A stretch of DNA of 64,000 bases, taken from positions 23,848-87,847 of the forward strand of contig DMZH01000001.1 of NCBI GenBank assembly GCA_003484955.1. The letters run 5' to 3'. The stretch is from Candidatus Woesebacteria bacterium (GTDB taxonomy: Bacteria; Patescibacteriota; Microgenomatia; UBA8517). Made by a program: the position numbers and the translations under genes. Positions 1 through 9,512 of the stretch are shown one piece after another. The notes below the pieces were generated by a model that worked only from the letters and a program-made list of their open reading frames with translations, ran no database searches and was not told the origin of the DNA. The stretch's first letter is position 1; each line of letters opens with the position of its first letter.

Positions 1-194
1 GCAGATTTGAGGAATCAGATCTGCTTAAATGTTAGTTAAATTTAGTTTTAGTTAAATAGATAAATCTCGCAGTTTCAACTGTTCGTTTTGTCTTTCAGAA
101 AGATAAAGGTACCCCAAATTTAGTTTTTATTTGTATCTTTTTCTTCACTAGTCATTAAACATACTTTTTCTTTAAGCAGTTCTGTTCCCTTAAA

Positions 195-1391
195 ATGTAT
201 AGGCAATATTACAATCGGCGTGGCGGCAGGCCTCAGACTCGTGGATCGTACGGCTCAGGCAGATCTTTTGGTGGTGGAAGAAGAATCAAAACCTTTGATC
301 CAAGCCAAATAGTTAATCTTCCCCCACGTATTGACGACACTAAAGAATATATTGTAACTCATCAATTTTCCGATTTTCAAATTTCCGATGCAATAAAGCG
401 GAATGTTTCCGGAAAAGGTTATATTACACCCACCCCAATTCAGGACCAAGCAATTCCGTGGGTACTTGAGGGCCGTGATTTGATCGGCATGGCAAATACC
501 GGAACGGGAAAAACCGCTGCTTTTCTAATTCCTCTTATTGAAAAGGTTTTAAAAGACAGAAACCAAAGAGTTTTAATTATAAGCCCCACCCGTGAACTGG
601 CTGCACAAACCAAGGACGAATTATATTCTTTCACAAACGGTCTTCAAATTTACTCGGCCCTCTGTATTGGAGGCGCCAATATGTGGAGACAGAAAGAAGA
701 CTTGAGAAGGGGTCCTAATTTTGTAATAGGAACTCCTGGAAGACTTACGGATCATATTAGAAGTCACGGTCTAAACTTAAATTATTTCGAGTCGGTAGTC
801 TTGGATGAAGCCGATCGTATGGTTGATGATGGTTTTTTGCCTCAAATCAAACAAATAATTTCTCTTCTTCCAAAGAACCGACAATCACTTTTCTTTTCAG
901 CCACAGTTAACGAAAAGGTCAAATGGATTTTACAAAGTTTTGTTGTTAACCCTGTTACGGTTTCTGTTAAAAGCGGGGACATTACGGCCAATATTAAACA
1001 GGAAATTGTCAGAGTTTCCGGTATGGGTTCAAAAACAGAGGAACTTGTAAAACTCCTCCACAAAAACGAGTTTGAAAAAGTATTAATTTTTGGTAGAACC
1101 AAACATGGGGTCCAAAAACTTTCTGACAACCTCGTAGAGCGTGGTTTTAAAGTAGATTCAATTCATGGTAATAAAAATCAAAGTCAAAGAGTGAGAACCC
1201 TGGATAAGTTTAAAAAAGATTATATTCAGATTTTGATAGCAACCGATGTTGCCTCACGTGGACTTGATATTCCAAATGTAAGTCATGTAATCAATTTTGA
1301 TTTACCGGAATCTTACGAAAATTATATTCATAGAATCGGCCGTACAGGACGCGCCGACAAAAAAGGTGTTGCGCTGACATTTGTCGGCTAA
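195..1391 (+). CDS. DEAD-box ATP-dependent RNA helicase with an N-terminal RGG/RG-rich tail
   Basis: Helicase motifs I GTGKTAAF, II LDEADRM, III SAT and VI HRIGRTGRA are present. The Q-motif region reads ITPTPIQ. The first ~35 aa are Arg/Gly-rich. Confidence 0.9.
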   Translation: MYRQYYNRRGGRPQTRGSYGSGRSFGGGRRIKTFDPSQIVNLPPRIDDTKEYIVTHQFSDFQISDAIKRNVSGKGYITPTPIQDQAIPWVLEGRDLIGMANTGTGKTAAFLIPLIEKVLKDRNQRVLIISPTRELAAQTKDELYSFTNGLQIYSALCIGGANMWRQKEDLRRGPNFVIGTPGRLTDHIRSHGLNLNYFESVVLDEADRMVDDGFLPQIKQIISLLPKNRQSLFFSATVNEKVKWILQSFVVNPVTVSVKSGDITANIKQEIVRVSGMGSKTEELVKLLHKNEFEKVLIFGRTKHGVQKLSDNLVERGFKVDSIHGNKNQSQRVRTLDKFKKDYIQILIATDVASRGLDIPNVSHVINFDLPESYENYIHRIGRTGRADKKGVALTFVG

Positions 1392-1409
1392 ATAAACCGA
1401 ATTAAAAAT

Positions 1410-2357
1410 CTAGAAAAGTCCTTCTTTTAATTCTTTTAGCGAGAATTCTACTTCAAAAGTTGTTCTGTCACCTACATTTACATATAAATACAAGGCATCT
1501 TGTTTGTTCCTTTTAATTATTCCACCACACGAATAAACAACCCGTCGCAGCTTTGGATGTAGTTCGGCAACCATTGGCGTTCCGTCATTATTAATAAAAT
1601 TGTCCGAAGTGAGAATCGGTTCCGGTGCAACAACTACGCTAAATTTGTTATTTTTACGTGTAAGTTTTGCGCGTCCGATGCTATATACATATGTGGCCTT
1701 CCCTTTAAGTTTGACTATGGATATTCCGTGAATAATGAAAAGTGCCTCCTCCTGATTTAACCAGATTGGCGGCATTGTGGTCCCTATTCTCCATTTTGCC
1801 CAACTTAAGTTTGTCGGAAAATCTATATCGTCCAATTTGTCGGGTACTTGACGATGAAGTGAAAATACAAGGATTTTGTGATTATAATCTGAAGAGTCGG
1901 GACGGAACAAATAAGTTGAATTATCAATTGGGGTTAAATTTTTACCGGGACCGAAAGAACTGATAATAAGAAATGGTGGTAATTCATCATTCCACGAACT
2001 ATGTGAGTCAATTTTTATAATTGCGGGGAAGGGTATTGGTCTTCCCCTCTTGTCTCTTAAAACAGCAGTGAGTCCGATCAGTAAGTTTTCGTTGGGAAGC
2101 TCGAGGGCACGAGGATCCTCAAGATTTATACCGTTATACATTGGTTTCCAGATAAGACGTTCCTGGACAATTGTTCCGTCTTTCGTAATTTCAAAAAGTT
2201 TTAAGATTCCTGTGTCGGGTTCGCCGGGTTTTGCAGCTTTTGCAACCTCGCGGCCAATAAAATAAATGGAATCACTGCCGATTTTTTGCCAAGCTGCGAG
2301 ATTAAAACGTGCTACACGGACATCAGGAAATATATTTTTTATTTGATGAATTTTCAT
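1410..2357 (-). CDS. GH130-like (DUF377) beta-mannoside phosphorylase/glycosidase family protein
   Basis: GINLEDPRA resembles the G-x-EDPR catalytic motif of GH130 five-bladed propeller proteins. The size fits (315 aa). It sits directly downstream of a GT4 gene, a frequent pairing. The family call rests on motif recollection only. The start overlaps the upstream gene by 35 nt and may be misplaced. Confidence 0.4.
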   Translation of the reverse strand: MKIHQIKNIFPDVRVARFNLAAWQKIGSDSIYFIGREVAKAAKPGEPDTGILKLFEITKDGTIVQERLIWKPMYNGINLEDPRALELPNENLLIGLTAVLRDKRGRPIPFPAIIKIDSHSSWNDELPPFLIISSFGPGKNLTPIDNSTYLFRPDSSDYNHKILVFSLHRQVPDKLDDIDFPTNLSWAKWRIGTTMPPIWLNQEEALFIIHGISIVKLKGKATYVYSIGRAKLTRKNNKFSVVVAPEPILTSDNFINNDGTPMVAELHPKLRRVVYSCGGIIKRNKQDALYLYVNVGDRTTFEVEFSLKELKEGLF

Positions 2358-4518
2358 TTGAATACAATTTTGAAACAGAAAGTCGTGACAAAAGATATGA
2401 AACCTGAGACTCAGCTCCTTGGTTTAAGTTTACCCGATCGGGATGGAGTCCGTCATAGCAACCGCCGTTTTCGGGGTTATAAAGCGGCAACTGTAAACTG
2501 TTGTTACCCAAAAACCAACTGAAGCAGATATCTATTAATATTTTATATTTTTTATTACCCGTAATTTCATATGCGGTTACGAGAGCGAGGATCATTGAAG
2601 CGGGATCTTCGGGTTGTTGATCAAAATAACTTCTTTCGCCACCCACTTTATACCACTCAGAGTGACCGATTGGCATATACCTATTTGAAGAGAAAGTTTT
2701 TTCTATCAGAAACGTTAGGGCTTCTGAGCCTTTATCCAAATAATGCTTGTTGCCTACGGCTTGCCCGGCTATAAAAAGCGCCTCAGGCACTATGGCGTTA
2801 TTGTACCCAAGGTAGTTATCAAACCAATGCCATGATTTATCTGAATTATTATCAAATTCAGTTACAAGAAAATTAGCATTCTTTTGAATGGAAGCCGTTA
2901 ATTCTTTTGAGTATTCCGGACATGCGCTAATCGCGTTCACAAACGATTTAATAATTAAAGCAGAGGAACGGATATGGAGAAGCCGCTTGGCATATGGTAG
3001 AGCTTTAATAAATATACTTTTTGCCGTTTTTTTCAAATTTGCCGGCATGTTTTTATTATTCAATACTTCACTGAGTGCCCACATAGCACGTGCGGTTGCA
3101 TCTTCCAGGTCCTCATTGAGATTTTGTATTGCTGCCATTTTATTATGATGATCGACATAGTTAATAAATGTTCCGTCCGCCTGTTGGCACTTTTTAATAA
3201 AATGTAAATAAATGGAAGCTAATTTGTTATTGTAGGGAGAAGCGGTAAGGCGGCTGCATATAACAAGAGCCCTGGCATTATCGTCAAGTGTGTAACCAAA
3301 CTTTTTATCGGGTAATTCCAGTTTTGCAAATTGAAAAAGTCCGTATTTATCGGTCATTTTTGCCAGATGGCTAAGGTTTACTGGCGGCAAGATATATTGT
3401 TTAAGAAGTCTTGAATATTTGAGCGCAACACTGCTCCAGAGCATCGGGCGGGTTTGTTCAAATGCAGTCCTATGCATTTTCATTAAATCCTCTTTACTAT
3501 CGAGTAACTCTATAAGTGCTTTACTAAAAGCTTTTGGTTTCATAATAGGTACCAACCGCCCCGTTTCATTGGTAATTATTTCTTTTGATTGTGCAAACTC
3601 GGTACTTATTACTGCGCGTCCGGAACCTAGCGCATATGAAAGTGTTCCGCTTACTGCTTGGTTAGGATTAATCGATGTTGAGATATAAATATCTGTAGCA
3701 TTAAGAAACTCCATTAAGTCGGGTAGCGACAAGTATTGATCATAGAATTTTACAAAATTATCTAAGTGTAATTTTGTTACAAGCTTGGAAAGTTCATTCC
3801 TATAACTTTCACCCTCACTTCTTCGTACAACAGGGTGTGTTTCGCCCAAAATCAGGTAAAGTAACGATGGGTGGCGTTTAATTATTTTTGGAAGTGCTTT
3901 TATTACGTATTCGATTCCTTTGCCACGGCTTAAAAGACCGAAGGTCGTTAGTATCGTCGTTTTTTGCAATTTTAATTTACGTTTAGCAGCGGTTGTATCG
4001 GTAAAAGTCGTTGGGTGGATGCCATGAGGAATCACATGCACTTTGTTAACTGATTGAGGATAGACCTTTTCCAGTATATGTTTTGAACTTTCAGTCAAAA
4101 CAACGATGATATTTGCGCGTTCAATAATCCTTGTAGTTACATCTTTCATTTTTGGCGAAGGTTTAGGTAGTACTGTGTGAAGAGTTGCCACAATTGGCTT
4201 CCTACAGGTCTCCATAAATAAAAGTATGTTTTCTCCATCAAGGCCACCATAAATCCCGTACTCGTGTTGAATGATCACTCCCGTGATAAGGGGATTGTTG
4301 TTGTATTCCGTGGCAAGATCTATATAGGCATTCTTGTCACTTTGGTCGATTTTCCAGACAACTTCAGGGGGGTAAACATACGTGTCCAAAGGAGTAAGGT
4401 TCATGGCTGCGACTTTGCACGAAACGGCTTTCCCCAGGTACTTCTGACTTGAGGCTAGTAGATCTTGATTGAACGTAGCTATACCGCACTCACGGGGAGG
4501 ATATGTTCCCATGAACAC
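2323..4518 (-). CDS. GT4-family glycosyltransferase fused to a C-terminal (alpha/alpha)6-barrel glycoside-hydrolase-like domain
   Basis: The N-terminal ~380 aa begin MGTYPPRECGIATF and end in a GT4 EX7E-like C-terminal half (Glycos_transf_1). The C-terminal ~350 aa are rich in W/Y/G/D, reading WHWFDNYLGYNNAIVPEALF...YNPENGGCYDG. This is typical of six-hairpin glycosidases, but the exact hydrolase family is undetermined. Confidence 0.7.
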   Translation of the reverse strand: MFMGTYPPRECGIATFNQDLLASSQKYLGKAVSCKVAAMNLTPLDTYVYPPEVVWKIDQSDKNAYIDLATEYNNNPLITGVIIQHEYGIYGGLDGENILLFMETCRKPIVATLHTVLPKPSPKMKDVTTRIIERANIIVVLTESSKHILEKVYPQSVNKVHVIPHGIHPTTFTDTTAAKRKLKLQKTTILTTFGLLSRGKGIEYVIKALPKIIKRHPSLLYLILGETHPVVRRSEGESYRNELSKLVTKLHLDNFVKFYDQYLSLPDLMEFLNATDIYISTSINPNQAVSGTLSYALGSGRAVISTEFAQSKEIITNETGRLVPIMKPKAFSKALIELLDSKEDLMKMHRTAFEQTRPMLWSSVALKYSRLLKQYILPPVNLSHLAKMTDKYGLFQFAKLELPDKKFGYTLDDNARALVICSRLTASPYNNKLASIYLHFIKKCQQADGTFINYVDHHNKMAAIQNLNEDLEDATARAMWALSEVLNNKNMPANLKKTAKSIFIKALPYAKRLLHIRSSALIIKSFVNAISACPEYSKELTASIQKNANFLVTEFDNNSDKSWHWFDNYLGYNNAIVPEALFIAGQAVGNKHYLDKGSEALTFLIEKTFSSNRYMPIGHSEWYKVGGERSYFDQQPEDPASMILALVTAYEITGNKKYKILIDICFSWFLGNNSLQLPLYNPENGGCYDGLHPDRVNLNQGAESQVSYLLSRLSVSKLYSNENSSNKKYIS

Positions 4519-4756
4519 AATAGTGGGTTTATTCTTGATTATTCATCATTATACCCCCAATATAGGATTTCACCTAAATTATAGGACGTATATTTTTTAC
4601 CCAACAAGAAATAGTGTCTCATTTAGTCCTTCGGTAAACCCAGGATTTCGGCTTTCAGCCTCAACCTCAAGATGGTACACTTATAAGGACTATAAGAGTT
4701 TGGACCCGTATGCTCAGCAAAAGTTGGAGGTTTACAAGATAGCTAATCTTAAAATA

Positions 4757-5227
4757 ATGGCAGTAAATCTTAATAACTATTATGAAATAAAAGATACTTT
4801 AGATAAAAATGGTATAGACTCTATTTTATACGGTTCCCTTGGTGCTTCAGTGTATATTGGTAATTTCAGAGAGTTTGATGATATTGACCTTCTTGTTGAT
4901 AAAGATCTTGTAGAAAGCCGGTGGCCAGAGTTAAAAGAAATAATGACAAAAGAAGGCTTCTCAGTTTTAGATGAGAAAGAACATGAATTTATTAATTCTA
5001 AAGGGGTAAAAATTGCTTTTGCAGGAAATAATGTTTTGGAAAGAGACAGGATATGCACTTTAGATACGGGTGTGGTTGAAATTGAGAAAAACGGCAAAAA
5101 AATTAGAACAATAACCAAGGATGCATTTATAAATGCCTACCTTTTTAGTTCTACAGATGGCTATAGAAAAGAAAAAAGGGGAAGAAGTGATTTAGATATT
5201 GTAGATAGTCTAAGAAAACTACAATAA
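4757..5227 (+). CDS. Minimal nucleotidyltransferase-fold protein (Pol-beta/MNT-like)
   Basis: GSLGASVYIGNFREFDDIDLLV fits the NTase hG[GS] ... DhD motif. The track ORF 4469 is trimmed to the internal ATG at 4757. The upstream 97 codons overlap the promoter region of a divergent gene and look noncoding. Confidence 0.5.
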   Translation: MAVNLNNYYEIKDTLDKNGIDSILYGSLGASVYIGNFREFDDIDLLVDKDLVESRWPELKEIMTKEGFSVLDEKEHEFINSKGVKIAFAGNNVLERDRICTLDTGVVEIEKNGKKIRTITKDAFINAYLFSSTDGYRKEKRGRSDLDIVDSLRKLQ

Positions 5228-5297
5228 CAAAAGAGTTCTAATATGGTCCCTGATGGTTATGGGATCGAAAGGTTCTAGACCGTGATGCACAGCCAAA

Positions 5298-6029
5298 ATG
5301 AAAATAAATAAAAATTATCTGTTAATCGGTGTGTTAGCGATTGTGGTGATAGGATCTGTGTTGCTAATTTCCCGTCAGGGAAAAAGTAAAAGTGAAGTAA
5401 AAAACAAGGTCCGACTTGTTAAATCTTTAGAATTTTCCGTCCTTGCTAAGGATGAAAAAAACTTTCTTTTAGACGTTCATGTGCCCGAACAAACCCATAT
5501 TCCGGGAACTGACGCTTTTATACCCTACAATGAAATTTCCCTCAATTTGGATAAGTTTCCAGAGGATAAATCTACTCCCATCCTTGTCTACTGCAGAACG
5601 GGAACAATGAGTGAGGAAGCATCAAAGGAGATTGCCGGTCTTGGTTACACAAACGTATATGATTTGGATGGCGGGATTAATATTTACAAAGAATCGAATG
5701 TGGGAGTTTTTATAACTCCACAAAATCGGAATTTGGGTCGAGTAATTTATGGAGATATTCCCACAACAACTTTTACTTTAACCAACTTCGGTCCCCTCCC
5801 CTTAAAAATAACACGGGTTTCAACTTCATGCGGATGCACAAAAGCAGAAGTCGATAAAAAAGAACTTGGTGCCTATGAAGCGACCGAAATTAGAGTTTCA
5901 TTCAATCCTGCCGTTCACGGAGACGCAACTGATGTTGGAGGCATAACAAGAACAATCTATATACAAACCGACAACCCCAATATTCCTCGACTTACCAACA
6001 CGATTACGGCTGATGTAATTAAAAATTAA
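5298..6029 (+). CDS. Membrane-anchored rhodanese domain fused to a DUF1573-like Cys-motif domain
   Basis: An N-terminal TM anchor is present. The rhodanese active-site loop reads VYCRTG. The C-terminal domain has TSCGCT...FNPAVHG, paralogous to ORF 21715..22239. Confidence 0.65.
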   Translation: MKINKNYLLIGVLAIVVIGSVLLISRQGKSKSEVKNKVRLVKSLEFSVLAKDEKNFLLDVHVPEQTHIPGTDAFIPYNEISLNLDKFPEDKSTPILVYCRTGTMSEEASKEIAGLGYTNVYDLDGGINIYKESNVGVFITPQNRNLGRVIYGDIPTTTFTLTNFGPLPLKITRVSTSCGCTKAEVDKKELGAYEATEIRVSFNPAVHGDATDVGGITRTIYIQTDNPNIPRLTNTITADVIKN

Positions 6030-6069
6030 GTGCATTTTTGAAATTTTTGATGATACAATACATCTAAAT

Positions 6070-6837
6070 ATGTCTGAGGACAACCTTGCTTCAGAAAATT
6101 ATTGGAAAGCGAGTGAACAAAAAATTCCCGGTTCAACAAGAATTCCCGTTGATGAATTAAAGAAATTTTTAGACAACAAACCAGGCATGGTCATTCTGGA
6201 TTTAGGTTCAGGTGAAGGCAGATCAACCCAGGCTCTTAAGGAATCTTTCCCCGAAGCGAAGATCGTTGCATTTGATTTGAACCATAAGGGATTAGAAAAA
6301 ACTATTTCTGATGTGTCCGGACGGGTGCAAGGGACAGCTTTAGAACTACCCTTCGCTAATGAAAGTGCGGACGGCGTGGTTCTTTGTGGGGTTTTGACAA
6401 ATATAACAGACAAAGATCCTCAAAAAGCAGTTGAGGCAAGAAAAAAAGTCATCAAAGAAATCGCCAGAGTCTTAAAACCGGGAGGCATTCTTACCGTATC
6501 TGATTTTAACCGAGAACATAATTTAAGCCACTATCCTGTTAACTATTCCAGACACGAATTGATAACAAATGAGCTCGGAACAATAGCGGTGTTTGACCCA
6601 ATGGCTAAAATTACTTTTCAAGATAAAGGCGATAAGGAAGTTGCTTTACTTGCAGGCTCTCCATATTTACAGAGATTTGCCCACCACTACTCCACGGATG
6701 AACTTACCAATTTAGCTGAGTCAGTAAGCGAACTTAAAATAGTCAAGCACTCGGCAGAAATTGGAACAACGCCTTCCGGCAACCCAATAGACACCATTGT
6801 CGCAACGTTTATAAAATCACCCAAGGAAGCTCCGTAA
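6070..6837 (+). CDS. Class I SAM-dependent methyltransferase
   Basis: Motif I reads VILDLGSGEGRST. The post-I acidic residue is in FDLN. Motif IV region reads LKPGGIL. Confidence 0.75.
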   Translation: MSEDNLASENYWKASEQKIPGSTRIPVDELKKFLDNKPGMVILDLGSGEGRSTQALKESFPEAKIVAFDLNHKGLEKTISDVSGRVQGTALELPFANESADGVVLCGVLTNITDKDPQKAVEARKKVIKEIARVLKPGGILTVSDFNREHNLSHYPVNYSRHELITNELGTIAVFDPMAKITFQDKGDKEVALLAGSPYLQRFAHHYSTDELTNLAESVSELKIVKHSAEIGTTPSGNPIDTIVATFIKSPKEAP

Positions 6838-6914
6838 TAAAATTTATTATCCCATTTACTTCCACAAACATGTGGAGATGCCGGGTGTGGTGTGTTATAA
6901 AGTATAGAGACAAG

Positions 6915-7433
6915 ATGACAACTGAGCGTAAAGTGTTTATTGGTATTGGTTTAGCAACCCTGATAATTATTGTTGGCGGTACCTTCCTGACCTCTAAACA
7001 GAACCAACATTCGAGTAAGCCACTGATGGGTGAAATAATTATCGATCAGGGAACAAATCATGTACCGGACGGTGCTAAGGTAGATTACAATTCCAATCCT
7101 CCCACATCGGGAGTTCACTATGCCAAACCCCAACCAAGCGGAATTTATGATAAGCCGGTGCCGGATGGAAACTTAGTCCATAGTATGGAACACGGTGCAG
7201 TGATTCTTTGGTATAAATCGGATATTCCTGCAACTGAAAGCGCGCAACTAAAATCAGTTTTTAATAGTGTTGCAATAAGTAAAAAGATAATGATTCCCAG
7301 AGATAGTCTAGAGGTACCAATTGCTTTAACTTCCTGGGGAAGACTATTGAAGCTTCAAACAATTGATGAAGGCCAAATAAAGGCTTTTATGGAAACAAAT
7401 GAAGGTCGAGGCCCAGAGCAAGCCCCAATCTAA
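6915..7433 (+). CDS. Membrane-anchored DUF3105-like protein
   Basis: One TM is followed by HVPDG...YNSNPPTSGVH...VHSMEHGAVILWY, a conserved-His pattern recalled for DUF3105. The start is trimmed to the ATG at 6915. Confidence 0.45.
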   Translation: MTTERKVFIGIGLATLIIIVGGTFLTSKQNQHSSKPLMGEIIIDQGTNHVPDGAKVDYNSNPPTSGVHYAKPQPSGIYDKPVPDGNLVHSMEHGAVILWYKSDIPATESAQLKSVFNSVAISKKIMIPRDSLEVPIALTSWGRLLKLQTIDEGQIKAFMETNEGRGPEQAPI

Positions 7434-7567
7434 TTTCAAAAGACTATGAATATTGCTTACCAAGGAAAGACAAAAACAGGAAAAGAAATTATTGTCCGTT
7501 ATCCGGAAATGAGTGATTTGTAAAAAAAACACCCGAGAGACCTTTCCGAAACTCTTACCTAGAAAAC

Positions 7568-7780
7568 TTAAAACCTCAGAAGATCGAGAATTTTATAGAC
7601 CAACAAAGCCGGCCAAACGATTGCTTTAAGAAGACCGATAAGCCCGTCCACAAAGGTTGTGGAGTGTTGAATAAAGTAAACCAAAGCTCCAATAAATCCC
7701 AGACCATAAACCGCACCTCCGGCTCCCCCTCCACTATATTTGTTTACAACTTTAACTTCCTTCTTTATTTTTTCTTCCAT
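7568..7780 (-). CDS. Small Gly-rich membrane protein
   Basis: GGGAGGAVYGLGFIGALVYF precedes a hydrophobic helix. It abuts the PspC-domain gene, sharing coordinate 7780. Confidence 0.4.
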   Translation of the reverse strand: MEEKIKKEVKVVNKYSGGGAGGAVYGLGFIGALVYFIQHSTTFVDGLIGLLKAIVWPALLVYKILDLLRF

Positions 7781-7965
7781 TATTTAGTTGGGATAAAAAT
7801 CCAGGCAATTACATAAATTAAAAGTCCAAATCCTGCAAAAAGAAAAATCAAGAAAAGAAGCCGTATAATTATCGGGTCAATTCCGAAATATTCTGCAAAC
7901 CCTCCACAAACTCCACCAATAACTTTCTCCCTACTTGATCTGTAGAGCCTATTTTTCGCTGCCAT
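7780..7965 (-). CDS. PspC-domain small membrane protein
   Basis: LYRSSREKVIGGVCGGFAEYFGIDPIIIRLLF matches the PspC domain signature, followed by a TM helix. The start is trimmed to the ATG at 7965. Confidence 0.6.
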   Translation of the reverse strand: MAAKNRLYRSSREKVIGGVCGGFAEYFGIDPIIIRLLFLIFLFAGFGLLIYVIAWIFIPTK

Positions 7966-8062
7966 TTCAAAAATTGTACATTCACTCACCAAAGATTGTC
8001 AACACAATACTCCTTCATTTAGTATCATGTATAGACAGATGTGTTAAAATTGGAAAGTTTCG

Positions 8063-8674
8063 ATGTTTAAATTACCAAAACTTCCATACTCTTTCGACAC
8101 ACTAGAGCCCTACATTGATGCCCGGACCATGCAAATTCATCATGATAAGCATCATCAGACATATGTAGATAAGCTAAATGCCGCATGTGCAAACGATGCC
8201 TCACTGGCAGGAAAAACAATTGAAGAGATCTTAAGCGACCCTGCGAATATCAACGGCGATATCAGAACAGCAATAATCAATAACGGCGGAGGTCATCTAA
8301 ACCATAGTTTCTTTTGGAAAATCATGTCTCCGAACTCCCCTTTTAACCCAAAAAGCAATGTCGGAAAAGAAATCATAAATACTTTCGGGAATTTTGAATC
8401 ATTTAAAGAAAAATTTTCAAATACGGCAGTGGGTAGGTTTGGAAGCGGTTGGGCCTGGCTTGTCGTCAATAAAGGAAGATTGGAGATTGTTGATACCCAA
8501 AACCAAAATACACCCATATCGATCGGCATGAATCCGATTCTTTGCCTTGATGTTTGGGAACATGCATATTACTTGAAATATCAAAACAAAAGAGCCGATT
8601 ATGTCAATGCCTGGTGGAACGTGGTCAATTGGAAAAAAGTTGAGGAGAATTTTAGTGAAGCTATCGCTCAATGA
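8063..8674 (+). CDS. Fe/Mn superoxide dismutase
   Basis: LPKLPYSFDTLEPYIDARTMQIHHDKHHQTYV and DVWEHAYY are metal-ligand signatures of Fe/Mn SOD. Confidence 0.9.
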   Translation: MFKLPKLPYSFDTLEPYIDARTMQIHHDKHHQTYVDKLNAACANDASLAGKTIEEILSDPANINGDIRTAIINNGGGHLNHSFFWKIMSPNSPFNPKSNVGKEIINTFGNFESFKEKFSNTAVGRFGSGWAWLVVNKGRLEIVDTQNQNTPISIGMNPILCLDVWEHAYYLKYQNKRADYVNAWWNVVNWKKVEENFSEAIAQ

Positions 8675-8758
8675 TCACGATGCCTTTGAATTGTCGTGGC
8701 CTTGTTCAGTACTTGACTTGGAGAAAAAAATCGTGATAACCTGGCTGATCATTTAATA

Positions 8759-9499
8759 ATGAAAAAACACTTTGCCCAAAAAGGTTTTATAGCTCTTCTC
8801 CCTCTTCTGGTTATCTCATTTTTAGTCGTTTCCGGCTTTGCCATTTATGGCGGCCAGGGGACATCAGAAACACCGAGCCAGGTTTTGAGCGAAACCAGTG
8901 AAGCCGAATCAGGAGAAAACAGTGAACAAACCCAAACCAGACTGGCCAATGAAAGCGAGGGTGACCAAATCCGACTCGAAACCCAAAACCAGGAAAGAGA
9001 GATCGAAGAGGAAAATGAGACTCCGGAACCGGAAGAGACACCCGAACCCGAAGAATTTGAAGAAGAAGATGAAGTTGAAGTTGGGGAGGGTACCAATAAA
9101 TCAAAGATTAAAATCAGAAGCGGCAAGAACAAGTTTGAGTTTCAACAGGAAGGCGCAAAGTTTAGCGTTGAAAGCGATTTTCCTCTTTCGGTTGACCCCG
9201 TCACAAGGGAACTTACAGTAACCACACCGGCCGGCAACAGAGTAGTTGCTGTTTTACCTCAACAGGCAATCGACAATATGCTCGCAGTTGGAATAGTTAC
9301 CACAACAACCGAAGTAAATCTTGAAACGGAATCTGACGGAAGTTTGTCCTACAATATTGATGGAGCCAAAGACGAAAAACTACTGGGTGTCTTTGACGTA
9401 GCCGTCCCAAAGAATTTGGTTGTTTCCGCCCAAACGGGACAGGTGTTGACTGTAAACCAGTCGGTATTCTCCAAAATCCTAGACTTCCTTTCAATCTAA
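8759..9499 (+). CDS. Secreted or anchored acidic repeat protein
   Basis: It has an N-terminal hydrophobic anchor. An E/P/T-rich tract contains ETPEPEETPEPEEFEEEDE repeats. The C-terminal is beta-rich. Confidence 0.5.
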   Translation: MKKHFAQKGFIALLPLLVISFLVVSGFAIYGGQGTSETPSQVLSETSEAESGENSEQTQTRLANESEGDQIRLETQNQEREIEEENETPEPEETPEPEEFEEEDEVEVGEGTNKSKIKIRSGKNKFEFQQEGAKFSVESDFPLSVDPVTRELTVTTPAGNRVVAVLPQQAIDNMLAVGIVTTTTEVNLETESDGSLSYNIDGAKDEKLLGVFDVAVPKNLVVSAQTGQVLTVNQSVFSKILDFLSI

Positions 9500-9512
9500 C
9501 AGACCAACCTCT

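Noticed and set aside
1-24. An inverted repeat GCAGAT-N12-ATCTGC at the window edge was considered as a mobile-element end.
   Set aside because: It is a single short hairpin with no partner repeat, transposase or target duplication in the window. It is more likely part of an upstream gene's terminator or the helicase 5'-UTR.
4469-4756. A 97-codon N-terminal extension of the nucleotidyltransferase ORF.
   Set aside because: It overlaps the start and promoter of the divergent GT4 gene and translates to a low-complexity sequence. The internal ATG at 4757 gives a normal NTase domain length.
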